From contig NC_058133.1 of assembly GCF_016433145.1 (NCBI RefSeq), forward strand, positions 256,020,801-256,084,800: a stretch of DNA of 64,000 nucleotides, written 5' to 3'. Under the pieces are notes generated by a model. That model ran no database searches and was not told the DNA's origin. It saw nothing but the letters and a program-made list of their open reading frames with translations. This document shows, piece after piece, positions 44,101-62,542 of the stretch; position 1 is the first letter of the stretch, and each line of letters begins with the position of its first letter. A program made the position numbers and the translations under genes. The DNA is from Gracilinanus agilis. Taxonomy: Eukaryota.

Positions 44101-46596
44101 TTATCATTTAAATTTTCTTAGCCTCAATTTTTTCTCTGTAATTTGGTAATAATAATGCCTGTAGTACCCACCCCAGATGGTTATTGTAGGGATCAAAAGA
44201 GATAAGACTTTTAATGCCATATATATCTTACATGTAGCTTTGATTCCATTTCTTCTACCTTTGCCAGGACCTTGCACTAACAGTAAACTACATTCTTTTC
44301 TCATGCATCCTCAGCCCTCCCACTTGAGTTGTTCTTTCCTCTGCAAACATACTTATCTCCCTGTGCCAAATTGCCACCCAGGCCATGTAAAAATTTATGT
44401 CTCATTCTCCATCTTGAGTTCATCACCTCTCTGTCAAAAAGTGGGTAATTTTCTTCAACAGCAGTCTTCTGGAGTTATGGTTCTCAAGTCTTAAAGTTGT
44501 ATATCTTTATAGCACTTTTATATATAGCACTCATTTTTTTTTTCAATCAGCAAAAATCTACTCTCTCTCCCCAATCCTGCAATTGAAAAAGAAAGAAAAT
44601 AATTCACTAAACATATTGAGCTGCTATGTGTGAGGCACAACAGAGATACAAATATAAATAAAAACAAATAGTCCCTGTCCTCATTATGCTTACATTCCAA
44701 TTGGAGAAGACAACACACAAAAGGAAACAAAGTGGGGAGATGTGTGGAAAAATTACTTGGTTCTAGAGCATGATAGAGTTCCAAAGTAGTTCAAAAGCAG
44801 TGTGACTGACAGAAACAGAGAAAAACTGCTGAACTCTCTCTTTAATAAACAAAGGCCCTGGAGATCATAATCCTGCCCTCCAGTCAGAGGTATAGAGGGT
44901 CATGATGAGATCTGAGTTCCAGGTATATTTAGTCTTGCATCATAAACAAAACCCTTATTACAGACTTGTAAAGTAAAATACATTTCTCACCTGGCATTGT
45001 CCAAAACAGTTATTGTGCACTGAGTCCCTTCACCTCTGTATCAAGAGGTAGATAACATGTTTCATCATAAGACCTCTGGAATTGTGGTTTGTGACTATGC
45101 TGATTTAGAGTTCCTAACCCTTTTTAGAGTTGTTTGTGTTTCTAGTATTGTTGTCATTATATAAATTGTTCTGGTTCTGTTCACTTTATTCTAGCTCAGT
45201 TTATTCATATTTTCCCAGACGAAACATCCTCCTTCATCATTTCTTACTGAACATTAGTATTCTGTCACATCTATATTCTTTAACTTGTTAGGGATTTCTC
45301 CAGTTGATGGACACCCCCGCCCCCAAAGTCTAGTTGTTTGTCACCACAAAAAGATCCACCTTGAATATTTTTGTACCTCCTTAAGAATTTGTTTTGCTGA
45401 GGACAAATCCCTCTATTAATCTACCCTACCCTTTATTTTTCATTCCTATTTAGTAAGATGTATTTCTATGCTCAGTTAGATGCATGTATTCTTTCCTTTA
45501 ACGAAGTCAGATGAAAGCAGGTTTAAGTCATCCCCACCCCATATCTTTTTTTTCCTTTTTTATATGGACTACTTAGGCATCTTAATTATGTCAAATAATT
45601 TTCCTTAATCTTTCCATTCTCCATATTCCAGTTTTAATATTATCAAGGCACAAAGGAATCACTCCTAGGCCCTCTGTCTAAATAGATTCCCTCTATGACC
45701 CCTTATAATGATAGGATTCTAAGGGGACACGTGTATCATAATCTATATTAGAATATGAACAGTTTATCTTGTTTAATTCTTTATGATTATGTTTTCTCAT
45801 GTTTACCTTTTTATTTTTTTCTTGACTCCTGTGTTTTGCACTTCAGAGTATCTACGAAGTTCTGGTCTTTTCAACAGGATTGATTGGAAGTCCTCTATTT
45901 CATTAAAGATCCATTTTTCCCCTGTAGGATTATACTTGGCTTTGCTAGGTAAGTTATTCTTGGTTGTAAGCCTGTATCTTTTACCTTCTGGAATATTGTA
46001 TTCCCAAGGTTACCTCTCCTTTATGGTGGTGTTTCTCTTGTGTGATTCTTAGAACTTGAATTCTTTCTTTCTTGCTGTTCACAGTCTTTTACCTTTGATC
46101 TGGAAACACAGGACTTGGCTATAATGTTACTGAGAGTTTTTGTTTTGGAGTTTCAGGAGATAACTGATAGATTCTTTAAATTTTCATTTTGTCCTGTGGT
46201 TTTAAGAGATCTAGTCAGTTTTCTTTTATAGTTTCTTGAGTCGTGATGTCTAGGTTTTTTTGTTGGTTGTGACTTTTCAGTAATCAGATTCTTAAATGAT
46301 CTCTCCAAGATACGTTACACTTTTCTATTTTTGTATTCTTTTAATTTTGTTCAGTATTTCTTGTTGTTTCGTGGAATCATTATCTTCTAATTGGTCCATT
46401 CTAAATTTTAGAGTTCTTTATTTGGTTAAGATTTTATGCCTCTTCCATAAAGTTAATTCTCTTTCCAATTCTCTCTTCCATAATACTCACTTCTCTGTTG
46501 TTGTTGTTGTTTGTTTTTTTTGCCCTAGAACTCTCCATTTCTTTTCTAATTGTTTTCTCTAGTGCTTTCATTTATAAAAATCATTTTAGTTATGGG

Positions 46597-46633
<37 letters not shown>

Positions 46634-49600
46634 CTCTCTCTTACTTCATCTCTTCTATAGAAATTCTAGTTGAATTTTGTTCAAGTTGTATTTTCTTTTG
46701 GAACTTTGCTAGTAGGTGTTTGGGGATCATCCTCTTCTAGATTTGTGTCTTGAAACTCTTGACACCAAAATAGCTCTTGGCTTAGTCTCATCTGTTTTGC
46801 CCTGAGTCTTAAAAAAAAAGTTTCTATTCTATACCTTATCCATTCTATCTCTTCTCCCTTTCACATCCAGATTTCTAGGAAAAAGCTATTTCTATTTTTA
46901 TTGCCTCTACTTCCTCTTCTGTCACCTCTATTCTTTGCAGTCTGGCTTTCTACATTATCACTCAGTTCAAATTACTCCATCCAGAGTTACCAATGACTTC
47001 TTCATTGCCTAATCTGATGACCTTTATTTAGTTCCACATCCTTCTTGACTTCTCTGCAACATATGGCACTACTGATAGTCTTTCTCTTGGATATGCTAAC
47101 CTCTGGAGTTTTGTGACCCTCAGTTTCACTCCTGCCTCTCTGATTATTCTTTCTCAGGTTTCTGTGCTGGATCATCATCCATATCACATCCTCTAACTGT
47201 GCACATATAGCATAGCTGTATCCTGGGCTTCCATCTCTCACATTCTCTCTCATAGATCTCATCAACTTTTATGGCTCTAATTATCATCTTTATAGCTGTT
47301 TATTCAAGGTTATTTTCTCTTTTGAGAGCCACTTCTCTACATCATCATTTACCTTTTGGGCATTTCCAGCTATATATATTGGATATATTTCAAACTCAAC
47401 ATGGCCATAACAGGACTCATTCTCTTCTTTCCCCCTCTGCCCCAAATCAACCATCTTTTGAACTTCACTGTCAGTGGTACCATAGTCCTTTGCCACCTCA
47501 GTGTCTTCCTTGACTCACCATATTTAATCAGTTGCCAGGTCTTTTTGAGAATATCTTCACAGTATCTCTTATATACTGTCTCTACTTACATGGCCACTAC
47601 TCTAGTTCAAAACCTTTCTATCATCTCACCTGGACCATAGCAGTTAGTCTCCTGATTCCTTCTTCAAGTGTCTTCTCAATAGGAACTTGCCAAAGTGATT
47701 TTCCTAAAGCATAGATTTGACCATGTCACTCCTCTATTTAATAAATTCCAGTGGTTTTTCTTTACCTTTAGGATAAAATATATAGACCCCTCTTTTTGGT
47801 AATTAATTTCCATCATAACCTGACTCCAGTCTAACTTTTTCATTTTGTTATATATTTATTACTCCTCTTCATAACCTCTGGCCCAAAGTTCATCTCAAGA
47901 GCTACTTTCTACATTAAACCTTTTTCATTCCCTCTTCTAACTGCTCTTGTCTTTCCCAAAAAAAATTACCTTGTATTTATTTTGCATATACTTTAATGTG
48001 GAAATGTTGTCTCCCCCAATAGAATAGAAGCCCCCTGAAGTCAAAGATTGTTTCATTTTGTCTGTTTCCCTAGTTCCTAATAGGTGCCATGTTCTGACAA
48101 GTAGTTACTTTGTAGAATTCATTGAGAAATCGCTCTCATTCTCTTTATTACTAAATTCAAAAAAATCATGCTTGGTGCCAGCACTTTGTTCACTGTTCCT
48201 TACACTCTGGTTTTGGCCCTAGCCACTTTACTGAAACAAGGAACTTTTTGTTTGTTTGTTTATTTATTTATTTTAAACCCTTACCTTCCAACTTGGAGTC
48301 AATACTGTGTATTGGCTCCAAGGCAGAAGAGTGGTGAGGGTAGGCAATGGGGGTCAAGTGACTTGCCCAGGGTCACACAGCTAGGAAATATCTGAGGCCA
48401 GACTTGAACCTAGGACCTCCCATCTCTAGGCCTGGCTCTCAATCCACTGAGCTACCCAGCTGCCCCCAAGGAACTTTTTATTTTTAAAAATATTGTTAAC
48501 CTTTTGTTTTGTTATCATACCTTCATTTCCAGTTATAGCCTTCCCTCTACCCTAACCCATTGAACTACTTTGTTCTACTAACAAAGAATAAAAAATCTCT
48601 TCAGTAAAACTAACCAGTTCAGCAACCAGATCTGATAATCTATGTAGTATTTCACATCTATACCACCCCCTCAGTCCTATCTTTGCAAAGAAGTGAGGAA
48701 GGCATAGTTGCTTCTTTTTTTCTGGGCCAAGTTTTGTTATAATTTCACAGCATTGTTACCTTTTATTTTCTTTCTACTTATGTTTTTGAAGTCAGTGTGT
48801 ATGTTGTTTTCCTGATAACTTCATTCCAAATAAGTTCTTGTGTTTTCTATTTACTTTTTTAAAAGCATAATTCCAAATTTATAGAATGATTGAAACAGTT
48901 TACAAAAACATTATAGTGTGCCTGTCTTTCTGACTTGCAGCTACCCCGCCCTCCCAACCCAAACACCCACCCACCAGGACCTAATCACCAAATTCACTGT
49001 CCCTATTCTTTATCCCTTTTAAAAATAAATTCTTCCTTCACATTTCTCCACTTTTTAGGACAGTCAATGACTCCTTCTTACTGCCTAGCCTCCCTAACTT
49101 TGACTTCAGAGACCCTACACACTTCCTCCCTCTTATTTCTTTCCTGATTTTATTGTTCTCTTTCTACTTGCCAGTGTTTTTCCTGGTTCTGACTTTGGGT
49201 TGTTTGCTTGTCTCTATACATGGTTTTCCTTGGCCACAGTTTCTGTTACTATCTCTATGCAGCTAACATAGTCAAATGAAATAATATATATAAAACAATT
49301 TGCAAACTGTAAAGGATTACATAAATGTTTGCTATTATTATGTAGTTGACTCTCCAGGTCATTTTTCCTTTTCTCTCTATTCCTACCCTTCCTGGATGGG
49401 GGCCAGACCTGTATCTCTAGCTGCCTTTAGGACATGTCTACTGGAATGTCTCATGAGCACCTCAGACTCAGATGATCCTAAATCAAGCTAAACATTTTTC
49501 TCCTTAAATCTGCTCTTCCTCCTCGCTTTATAAATTCTGTCAGTGACACATTTAGTTACCCAGTGTCATATTTGTAACTTTGGAATTATCTTTGACAATC

Positions 49601-52600
49601 TCATATCCCATACACTGTTATTTATCAAGTCCTATACCCCACATCACCTTGATATGCCCTCTTTTTTCTTTCCTCCATGCAGAACAAAGCTTCTTATATG
49701 AGGCCTTCATTTCCACCCACCCAATCTGAAATATTGCAATAGTCTTGATAGGTCTTTCTTCCTTGACTCTCACTCCCTATTGCAGTCATACTGCTGCTAG
49801 AGTATTTTTTCTTACAGATGTAATTAGGTTAAAAAATCTGTTGCCACTCTCCTTTGCCTCCTGCCTAAAGTTAGAATTGTTTTCTTAAACTTTCAAAACC
49901 TTCCATAATCTGGCACTACTGATTTTCCAGCCATTTCATATCATTTGTGCTCAGAGGGTTCAAAGATTTATAGCTGGTAGGAAACTCACCTTAGTATTAT
50001 CTAATCTGATCTTCTCATTTTAAAACAAAGAACCCTAGGCCCAGAGGAGCTACATAAGTTGCCAAGGTTCCAGAGGTAGCAGAACCAGGCTTTGAATCCA
50101 GGCCTTTGACTTTAGCACTATCTCCACTATACCATACTGTTCAAGCTAAGTGGATTCATTCTCTGGTCCTTTGCCTTAAACCTGTGGGATCAAATTCAAA
50201 TAGAAATGGATCTCTGTGGGCTTAAGGGCTGCATATTGACTTAGAAAACCACAAATTAGCATTATGTGTTATATTTTTATTTATTTTGTTAATCATTTCC
50301 TAATTATGCTTTAATCCACTTCTTGATTATACTATATAAGTAAAATACCCTTCCTTACCATCATCACCTGCTGAATTTATATCATCCTTTAAATATTACC
50401 TTCATCAAGGTATTTTTCCTGATCCCCTCAGTCAGTAATGACCGTCCCCACCCCCTCCCAGTTTAGGTTTTGCATCTCTCTAATACCATGTCATGTATAT
50501 TAGTTATGTTTGTGTCTTACAGAATATAAGGTCTGAGGGTTGAGACTTTGGTCTTTATTAAATGTTCTGTCTCCCCAGCACCTAGCACAGTACTTTACCT
50601 ACACACACAGAGCTTAATGTTTGAGTTGATAGATCAAAGCATAGGGTATATATACTCTGTGTGACTGGAGTTGATATAGATTCATGTGGATGACTGTTAC
50701 ATGAGAGAGCCAGAAAACTGAGAGTAGAATTAGGAGGTTCTTAAATGCAGACAAAGGGTTTGAAACTTTATTTGGGAGACTGAGGGGCATTGAAGGTTTT
50801 GGAGTAGAGAATGATTTGACCAAACTTGTACATAAGGAAAATGTATTTAGCAAGTGTGACAGTTTGGAGGAAAGTAGAGGGAAGTAAGGCCAGAAGAGGC
50901 CTTTGCAGTAGGCCAGACAAGGTGTTAAGAATATCTATTAGAATGGCAATGGGGATTAAGAAGATAGGTGGACAACTAAGTAGCACAGTGAGAAGAAAGC
51001 AAGATCTGAGTTCAAATGTGGCCTCAGACACTTCCTAGCTTTGTGACCCTGGGAAAGTCACTTTAACCCCCATTGCCACCATTCTTCCATCTTACAATTG
51101 ATACTAAGATAGAAGGTAAAGTTTTAAAAAAGATGAATGAAAAATACTGCAGGGGTAGAATCAACACAAGAGCCTTTCAATCTGTTATAGCTTCCAGCTC
51201 TTTCTCAACAGTTCTGACCCTGTACTGCTGGCACCTTTGGACCTACTTTCCAGGGTCAGTCGAGGGAACTGAGTGGAACTTCATATAATAGGTAAACTGA
51301 AAAACAAAAAAACAACCCAACAGCTAGGTTCTTTATCCATCCAACCCCCTCCTCTCCTTCTAATTACTGTTTCTTTTCTTTCCTCATAGGACCAATGCCC
51401 TCCTCAGGCTCCACCATTCCTACCCTTGTGGCTCAGCTCACCAGCAGTCACTTCTCCCTTGGTGTCTCCACATCTCCGGCTCCCTCCTCTTTCACTGCCT
51501 TCCAGCCAGCCCTTACCCCAAGTTCCCCGACAGCCCCTTCCTCAGGCCCAGGCCTTCATATCACCCTGTGTGGGTCTTCCTTCTGAGAAGGGAGAGAATG
51601 GACCAGGGCCAGGATTACACGGAGGCTGCCTGGATGGGCTTAGAAGCCTCTTTGAGGAATTGCCTTGCCCTCACCCTGGGGCTGTGATCCCATTCCGGGC
51701 CCCTGGAAGTCCTCGCCCCTCTCCTGCTACTCCATCAGGGAACCCCAACATGGAGGAACATCTAGCTGTCATGCATGAAAAACTGAGGCAGGAGGTGAGT
51801 CAGGGGAAAGGGGCTACTATATCTATAGGGGTGTGTGGAATTTAGGCAGACTTTTAAGATCTCCTGACCTTTTTTGAGACATGAAATGGAGACTGTTACA
51901 AAAAATTTCCTTCTCTGGTATACTTTTTAAAATAGATAAACTTATCAGAGTGGGAAAGTAGATTGAATAGTTTAGTATAATAGGAAGGATAATCTCAAGA
52001 AGCATCCAGAGAGCAAGTTCAAATAGAAATAAACAACCCAGTAGATTTTGGGAGGAACATAGGGTGGCTAGGACAAGAAATTTGATCTTCAGATCTAAAT
52101 TGACCTGGTTCCTTCTTGTAGCTCCCCAACCTGTTTCTTCGCTCCCACGATTACAACCTCTACTCATCTGATGTGGAATTCATCAATGAGATCCTGAACA
52201 TTCGAACCAAGTGAGAGCCTGGATACTGGTGGGGAGGGCTGGAGGGTCTTTGTTTATGGGCTCCTTTATAACTGTTCTTTACTGTCTGAGCCTTTATGTT
52301 TCTTCCAGTCCTGGGGTGTGGTTCAGTTTCTCCTTTTTCTGATCTCTTCCCCCAAGAGATAATTTCCTCTTTAACCCCAGGCAGAGATTGATGGTACCTG
52401 GCTTGTCTCTTTTTGTCCTCTCCCAACTAGAGATCAGATATAAAATCTAGCCAGATGTTGTAGAGTGCTGAATATAGAAGTCAAAAGACTAGATTCTGGT
52501 TATTATTTAGTAGCTTGGTAACTTTGGGGTGAATCCCTTAACTCCTCAGAACCCATTTTCTCCTTTGTTAAATGATTTTCTCAGGCCTACCCCTTGGGTT

Positions 52601-53467
52601 TATGCTGAAAACCAAATATGCATGCACTTTATAAAACTACACCATTCTTTGTAAGGGGGATGTTTTTAACCCATCCCTGCCAAATATTGCTCACCTTGAT
52701 TCTTGTCCTTGCCCTGCCCTCCCCTCCCTCCAGCCCTACCTTGTAGATATGTATTCCCTATTCATTCTCTTCCTACAAAGGGAGATTTATACTTTTTCAG
52801 TGATTGGCCGAGTCCCTGACTTACTAAATATTTCTTTCCCTAGAGGCCGCACATGGTACATTCTATCATTGACCCTCTGCCGATTCTTGGCCTGGAATTA
52901 TTTTGCTCAGCTGCAGCTAGAAGTCCTGAGGTTAAGCCAACATCCTGAAGACTGGACGCTGCAGGCACGATGGCGGCTTGTGGGTTTACCTACCCATCTC
53001 CTCTTCCTACGCTTCTACCGCCGGGATAAGGATGAGCTTTATCGGTGAGGGAGAAGGGAAACCTAAGTAGCTAAGCATTGAGTTATAGTTATATTTACCC
53101 AGGCTCTTGCTCCTTTGGGAATCTACAAATTTAGCTTTCTATCTCAGCCCTTCATTGAACTTCTTCTATTCCCCAGGACATATGATGCCTATTCTACTTT
53201 CTACCTAAATTCCGAAGGCCTCATTTATCGTCATCGCCTGGATAAAGTAAGTTGGAACTTATGGTGGGGGTAGTGTTATCTTACACACATCTTGAAGCCC
53301 TCCCCCCAAAACAACATTAATCTTTCCTCATCTTCCCCTCTTTCCAGCTGATGCCCTCACATTCACCTCCAATGCCTGTCAAGAAGCTGCTGGTGGGAGC
53401 CCTGGGAGCTCTAGGCTTGGTAGAGCCAGAGGAGGAAGCTAGCTTACATCTCTGTCCTAAGCCCTGA
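40746..53467 (+). CDS. C6orf136: Uncharacterized protein C6orf136 ortholog (DUF2358-type), 6 exons, 318 aa
   Basis: Exons 40746-40817, 51390-51794, 52122-52210, 52844-53044, 53177-53246, 53348-53467; GT-AG, 957 nt, open. MYQPSRGAARR start, MEEHLAVMHEKLRQE, GRTWYILSLTLCRFLAWNYF and TYDAYSTFYLN segments match the recalled human protein. Confidence 0.92.
41922..42120 (+). mobile_element. tRNA-derived SINE, diverged
   Basis: GGGGCAGCTAAGTGG head, GGTTCAAAT box, A tail. Confidence 0.75.
42679..42884 (+). mobile_element. tRNA-derived SINE (SINE1_Mdo type), young copy
   Basis: Full length, long A tail, TSD AAAAGCTTTTGCTGA. Confidence 0.9.
44950..46740 (-). mobile_element. Degenerate L1 fragment(s)
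   Basis: Long T-rich tract with antisense L1 character; no long ORF; boundaries approximate. Confidence 0.5.
46601..46630 (+). repeat. (TG)n microsatellite
   Basis: Direct dinucleotide repeat. Confidence 0.9.
46820..48150 (+). mobile_element. L2 LINE 3' region (interrupted pieces continue to about 50600)
   Basis: Pyrimidine-rich L2-like phrases (CTTCTTGACTTCTCTGCAACAT, TCAAACTCAACATG, CCTAAAGCATAGATTTGACCATGTCACTC); boundaries approximate. Confidence 0.6.
48275..48466 (-). mobile_element. tRNA-derived SINE, antisense to C6orf136
   Basis: Reverse-complement SINE ending CCCAGCTGCCCC; flanking AAGGAACTTTT duplication. Confidence 0.88.
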
Positions 53468-53685
53468 ATAAGGATGAGGGGAACTTGGGCATAGGTCTGT
53501 TTGCTCGGAGGGGGAGGGAGGGGGGGTATTACAGGCTGCACTGAGCACATTATGCACAGGGGGATGGGATTGAGGGGATTGGGGAGGCTATATTATAGCA
53601 GGCCTGATCTCCTCATTTATCATACCTCCCCATCTTTTCCTTCCTACCTATTCCCATCTCATGCTGTATAATTTAACTTGTACAT

Positions 53686-53804
53686 ATTAAAACTAAATGA
53701 GGACGTAAGAACCTTTAATATAATTCCTCTGCATGTGTGACCTATGTTATATACTGGTCTTCATATCAAAACTCTCAACTTCTTCCCAAAATAGCTTTAA
53801 TAAA
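53686..53804. terminator. Convergent poly(A) signal cluster for C6orf136 (+) and DHX16 (-)
   Basis: + strand ATTAAA 53686-53691 (after TGTA) and AATAAA 53799-53804; - strand ATTAAA at 53796-53801 and 53714-53719. Confidence 0.65.
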
Positions 53805-53877
53805 TAGGAATCATTAAAAAAAAAAAAAACCTGTACAAAGGAAATGAGAAAAGCTAAAGAAAGGAGAAATAATTCCC

Positions 53878-59529
<5,652 letters not shown>

Positions 59530-61657
59530 CTAGACAGCTGGGACACATGGGGGGAGAAAGAAGCCAAGCTAAGGGCTGAGAGTCTGGGTCCCCAAAAGGA
59601 ACTGTTGGGAGAACGGTCAAAACCAGGGAAAAAGATCTTGCATGAAGTAGCTACTTGATAAATGTATGCTGAAAAGAACCAATCAATAAATTAAGCATAA
59701 CCTCATGCGGTCAGGCAATGTCAACATGTCTGCAGCCAGGATACCCAGCCAAGGCCTCAGCAGGAAAAGAAAAGGACTGGGGGCAGAAGGCCCTTGGAAG
59801 TACATCCTAAGAAAGGACTCTATAAATCTCACAACACTATATAATGTATCTTTTATCCTTTAGGGTTTTTCTTGTATCAAGAGTTGCCTGGTCACCTCAG
59901 AAGTCACTTAGTACAATTTGTCATTTTACAGATGAATAAACTAAGGTCTGGAGAAGTTATCTGACTTGACTAAGAACATGAAGATAGTGAAAAACCAAGC
60001 CTAGATATGGACCTGATGCCTCTGACTTCTAAATGCTGAAATGCTTTCCACCATATCATGCTTCTCCCAACTCCCTTATAATGGTTGGCAAATGGGCAGG
60101 GCTGAACAAGCTTAAAAGGTAGCAGAGGTTCTTTGGAAACAAATGCAATGAAGACAAGCTGGGAAGGACCATCTACTAGGAGGCCTCGAGATGGCAGCAA
60201 CACCTGCCAACTTCACTATTTCAAAAAAGGCTGGGTGAATCAGTCTTCCTGCCTAAAGACAATGTGTCTGTGGAAATCTTATTTAAGTCCATTTTGTTAT
60301 GAAAGATAGCAGGGCCAGCAGAAAGAACACTGGAATTGGAAACATTCAAAGCCTGGCTTTCTTGCTCATTTTCTACATGACTTCAGATAAATGTCACCTC
60401 ATGGGCCTTGGTTTTCTAAAATAAGGGGAAGGAAGACATCAGCTTCTCTGGTCTCTTCCAACTCTAATTCATCAAGCCAGCAGCAGCAGCAGTGTAGCTT
60501 GGCTGCCATTATTCAGGCTCCAAGAAACCTCTGCCATGAACCCTCTGACCTTGTGGCTACCTTCAAAGATTTCTTGGTTTTCTACTTCACCTCCCAGATT
60601 TGCATGGTCAGTTTTTGTTCCCTGGTTTTTCTGCTATGCTTAATTTCTTATGATCTAGGCAACTAGTCTGAGGCCTTCTAACTATATTGTTTAAAATTAT
60701 TCTCTTTGTGGGAGGTGTCGGGGGAAGTTGTAGCAGGGAGTCCTGGGAGATGTAGTCTCCCAGGACTTAGAATAATTTTAAACAACACATAACCCTTAGT
60801 ATGGCTCTGAATAATAATAAACTTTCATGCCACTTTAAGGTTTCTTTCCTTATTACTCTGAGACAGTAATTGGTATAAGTATTACTATCTCCATCTTAGA
60901 GATTGTTAAAAATACTTTATGTGGTATCCAAAAACAAGTCTGCTCATTGACTGGGAAATGACTCAACAAAACTTCGATAGACTAATGTAACAGCACATTT
61001 TACAGAAAGAAATGGGGACTATGAAGAATCCAGAAAACTCTTTGAGATTTGTATGAACTGATAAAAATGAAGAAAACAGAACCCAAAGAATATACATAGT
61101 GACTAAAATAACAAAGAAAAATAATACTACACTAAATTAACATAACCAATCTTAATGACAGAGCATACTTTTTGATAGAGAGGTGGTAGGCTGTTATATA
61201 CTGACAGATTATAGTCCACATTTTAGTTTGTTTTGATAAGTTATTTTCCTTTGTTACAAAAAGAAAGGTTCTTTTGTGGGGCAAGGTAGAGTGGGGATAT
61301 TACTGGAAAGTGCAGGGATGTTTGGAAAAAGGCTCAAGAAAACTTTTTTAATATGTTCTATCAGAAGCACTGGCTTCAATAAGTATTACTATGGAGCTCA
61401 CTATCTGCTGCTTAAAAAGGCAGGCAATATAGTATTATAGTACTTAATTAAGACTTGGAAGGGCCCTTCATCTCCTCCAAGTCCAACCCTCTCATTTTAT
61501 AGAAAAGAAGCCTGAGGCTAAGTTAAGTGATTTAACCAGAGCCACAAAGATAGAAAAGAACCAGGATTAGTTCTCAGATTCCAAATCAGGTCCCTTTCTA
61601 CTGTTCCAAATCTCTCCCCACTTTTTAACATCATTGCCTTAAATAATTCCTCTCCAG

Positions 61658-62542
61658 GAAACATAGAAGAAAAACAACTGCTTGAACACATGGGTTGAGG
61701 TGGACATGATTGGGGATGTAGACTTGAAACTACCACACCAATGCAACTATCAACAATTTGGAAATAGGTCTTGATCAATGACATATGTTAAAACCAGTGG
61801 AAATGTGCATTGGCCATGGGTGGGGTGTGTAAATAGAATTAGCTCTAGCCCATTCATAGTCAAAACTCTACTTACCCTAGGCATCTAGATTATATCATCC
61901 CCACCTCCCTCAGTAGGGAAGGGAGATGAGTTACCCACACAATCAGTGTAGAGGCTGCCATTTGTCCACTTGAATTAGAGGTGGACCCACAGGAAGTGAT
62001 GAAAGACACTATCTCTTCAAGTATGTTGGTTACTTCCTGCTAAGGGAGTTCCTGCTTTGAACTTGGTGCTGAAGGATCTCGAGGGAGACCTCAGGCAGCT
62101 TCTACTCTGAATTGTCACGTGGGTAAGTTAGGCTGACTTCCTTGGCCTACCTTGGCATTTTTCCAAGACTCTACCTTAAGGAGGCTCTAGCCTATCTGAT
62201 TGCTAGGCCTTATAGCTTGTAGCCTCATTTATTTAGCCTTTTAACCTTCTCTCTCTGTCCAGGCTTCTGCAGGCCTGGACTACCCTCTCCCTCTCTTTAT
62301 TTCCTTACCTTTTACCTTCCTAATTGTAAATAAACTACCTTAAACCTGATCCTGACTTGGGTCCATTTTAATTATGGAATCAATCTGAATTGTTGATTCC
62401 TGGCGGCCACACTTTAAATATATATCTATAAATATCTAAAATCTCCCTCTTACATGGGGGAGTGCGGGGGGTGAAGGGGAAAGTAGGAGCATGAATCATG
62501 TAGCCATGTTAAAAATGAATATTAATAAATGCTTAAAAAAAG
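61658..62542 (+). mobile_element. 5'-truncated L1 3' end interrupted by a solo LTR
   Basis: L1 tail motifs, AATAAA and A run; perfect 14-bp TSD TAATTCCTCTCCAG at 61644-61657 and 62543-62556. Confidence 0.88.
61826..62454 (+). mobile_element. ERV solo LTR, about 630 bp
   Basis: TG...CA termini (TGTGTAAAT ... CTCTTACA), flanking TGGGG duplication, internal AATAAA 62329-62334; splits an L1 tail. Confidence 0.8.

Noticed and set aside
51212-51291. Possible poison exon upstream of C6orf136 exon 2
   Set aside because: Plausible AG and GT sites with an immediate TGA, but such pairs arise by chance; no further support.
59702-59755. Possible 54-nt in-frame cassette exon in a DHX16 intron
   Set aside because: GAG acceptor and GTTATG donor are both weak, and an insertion just before the DEAH motif is unlikely to be tolerated; needs RNA evidence.
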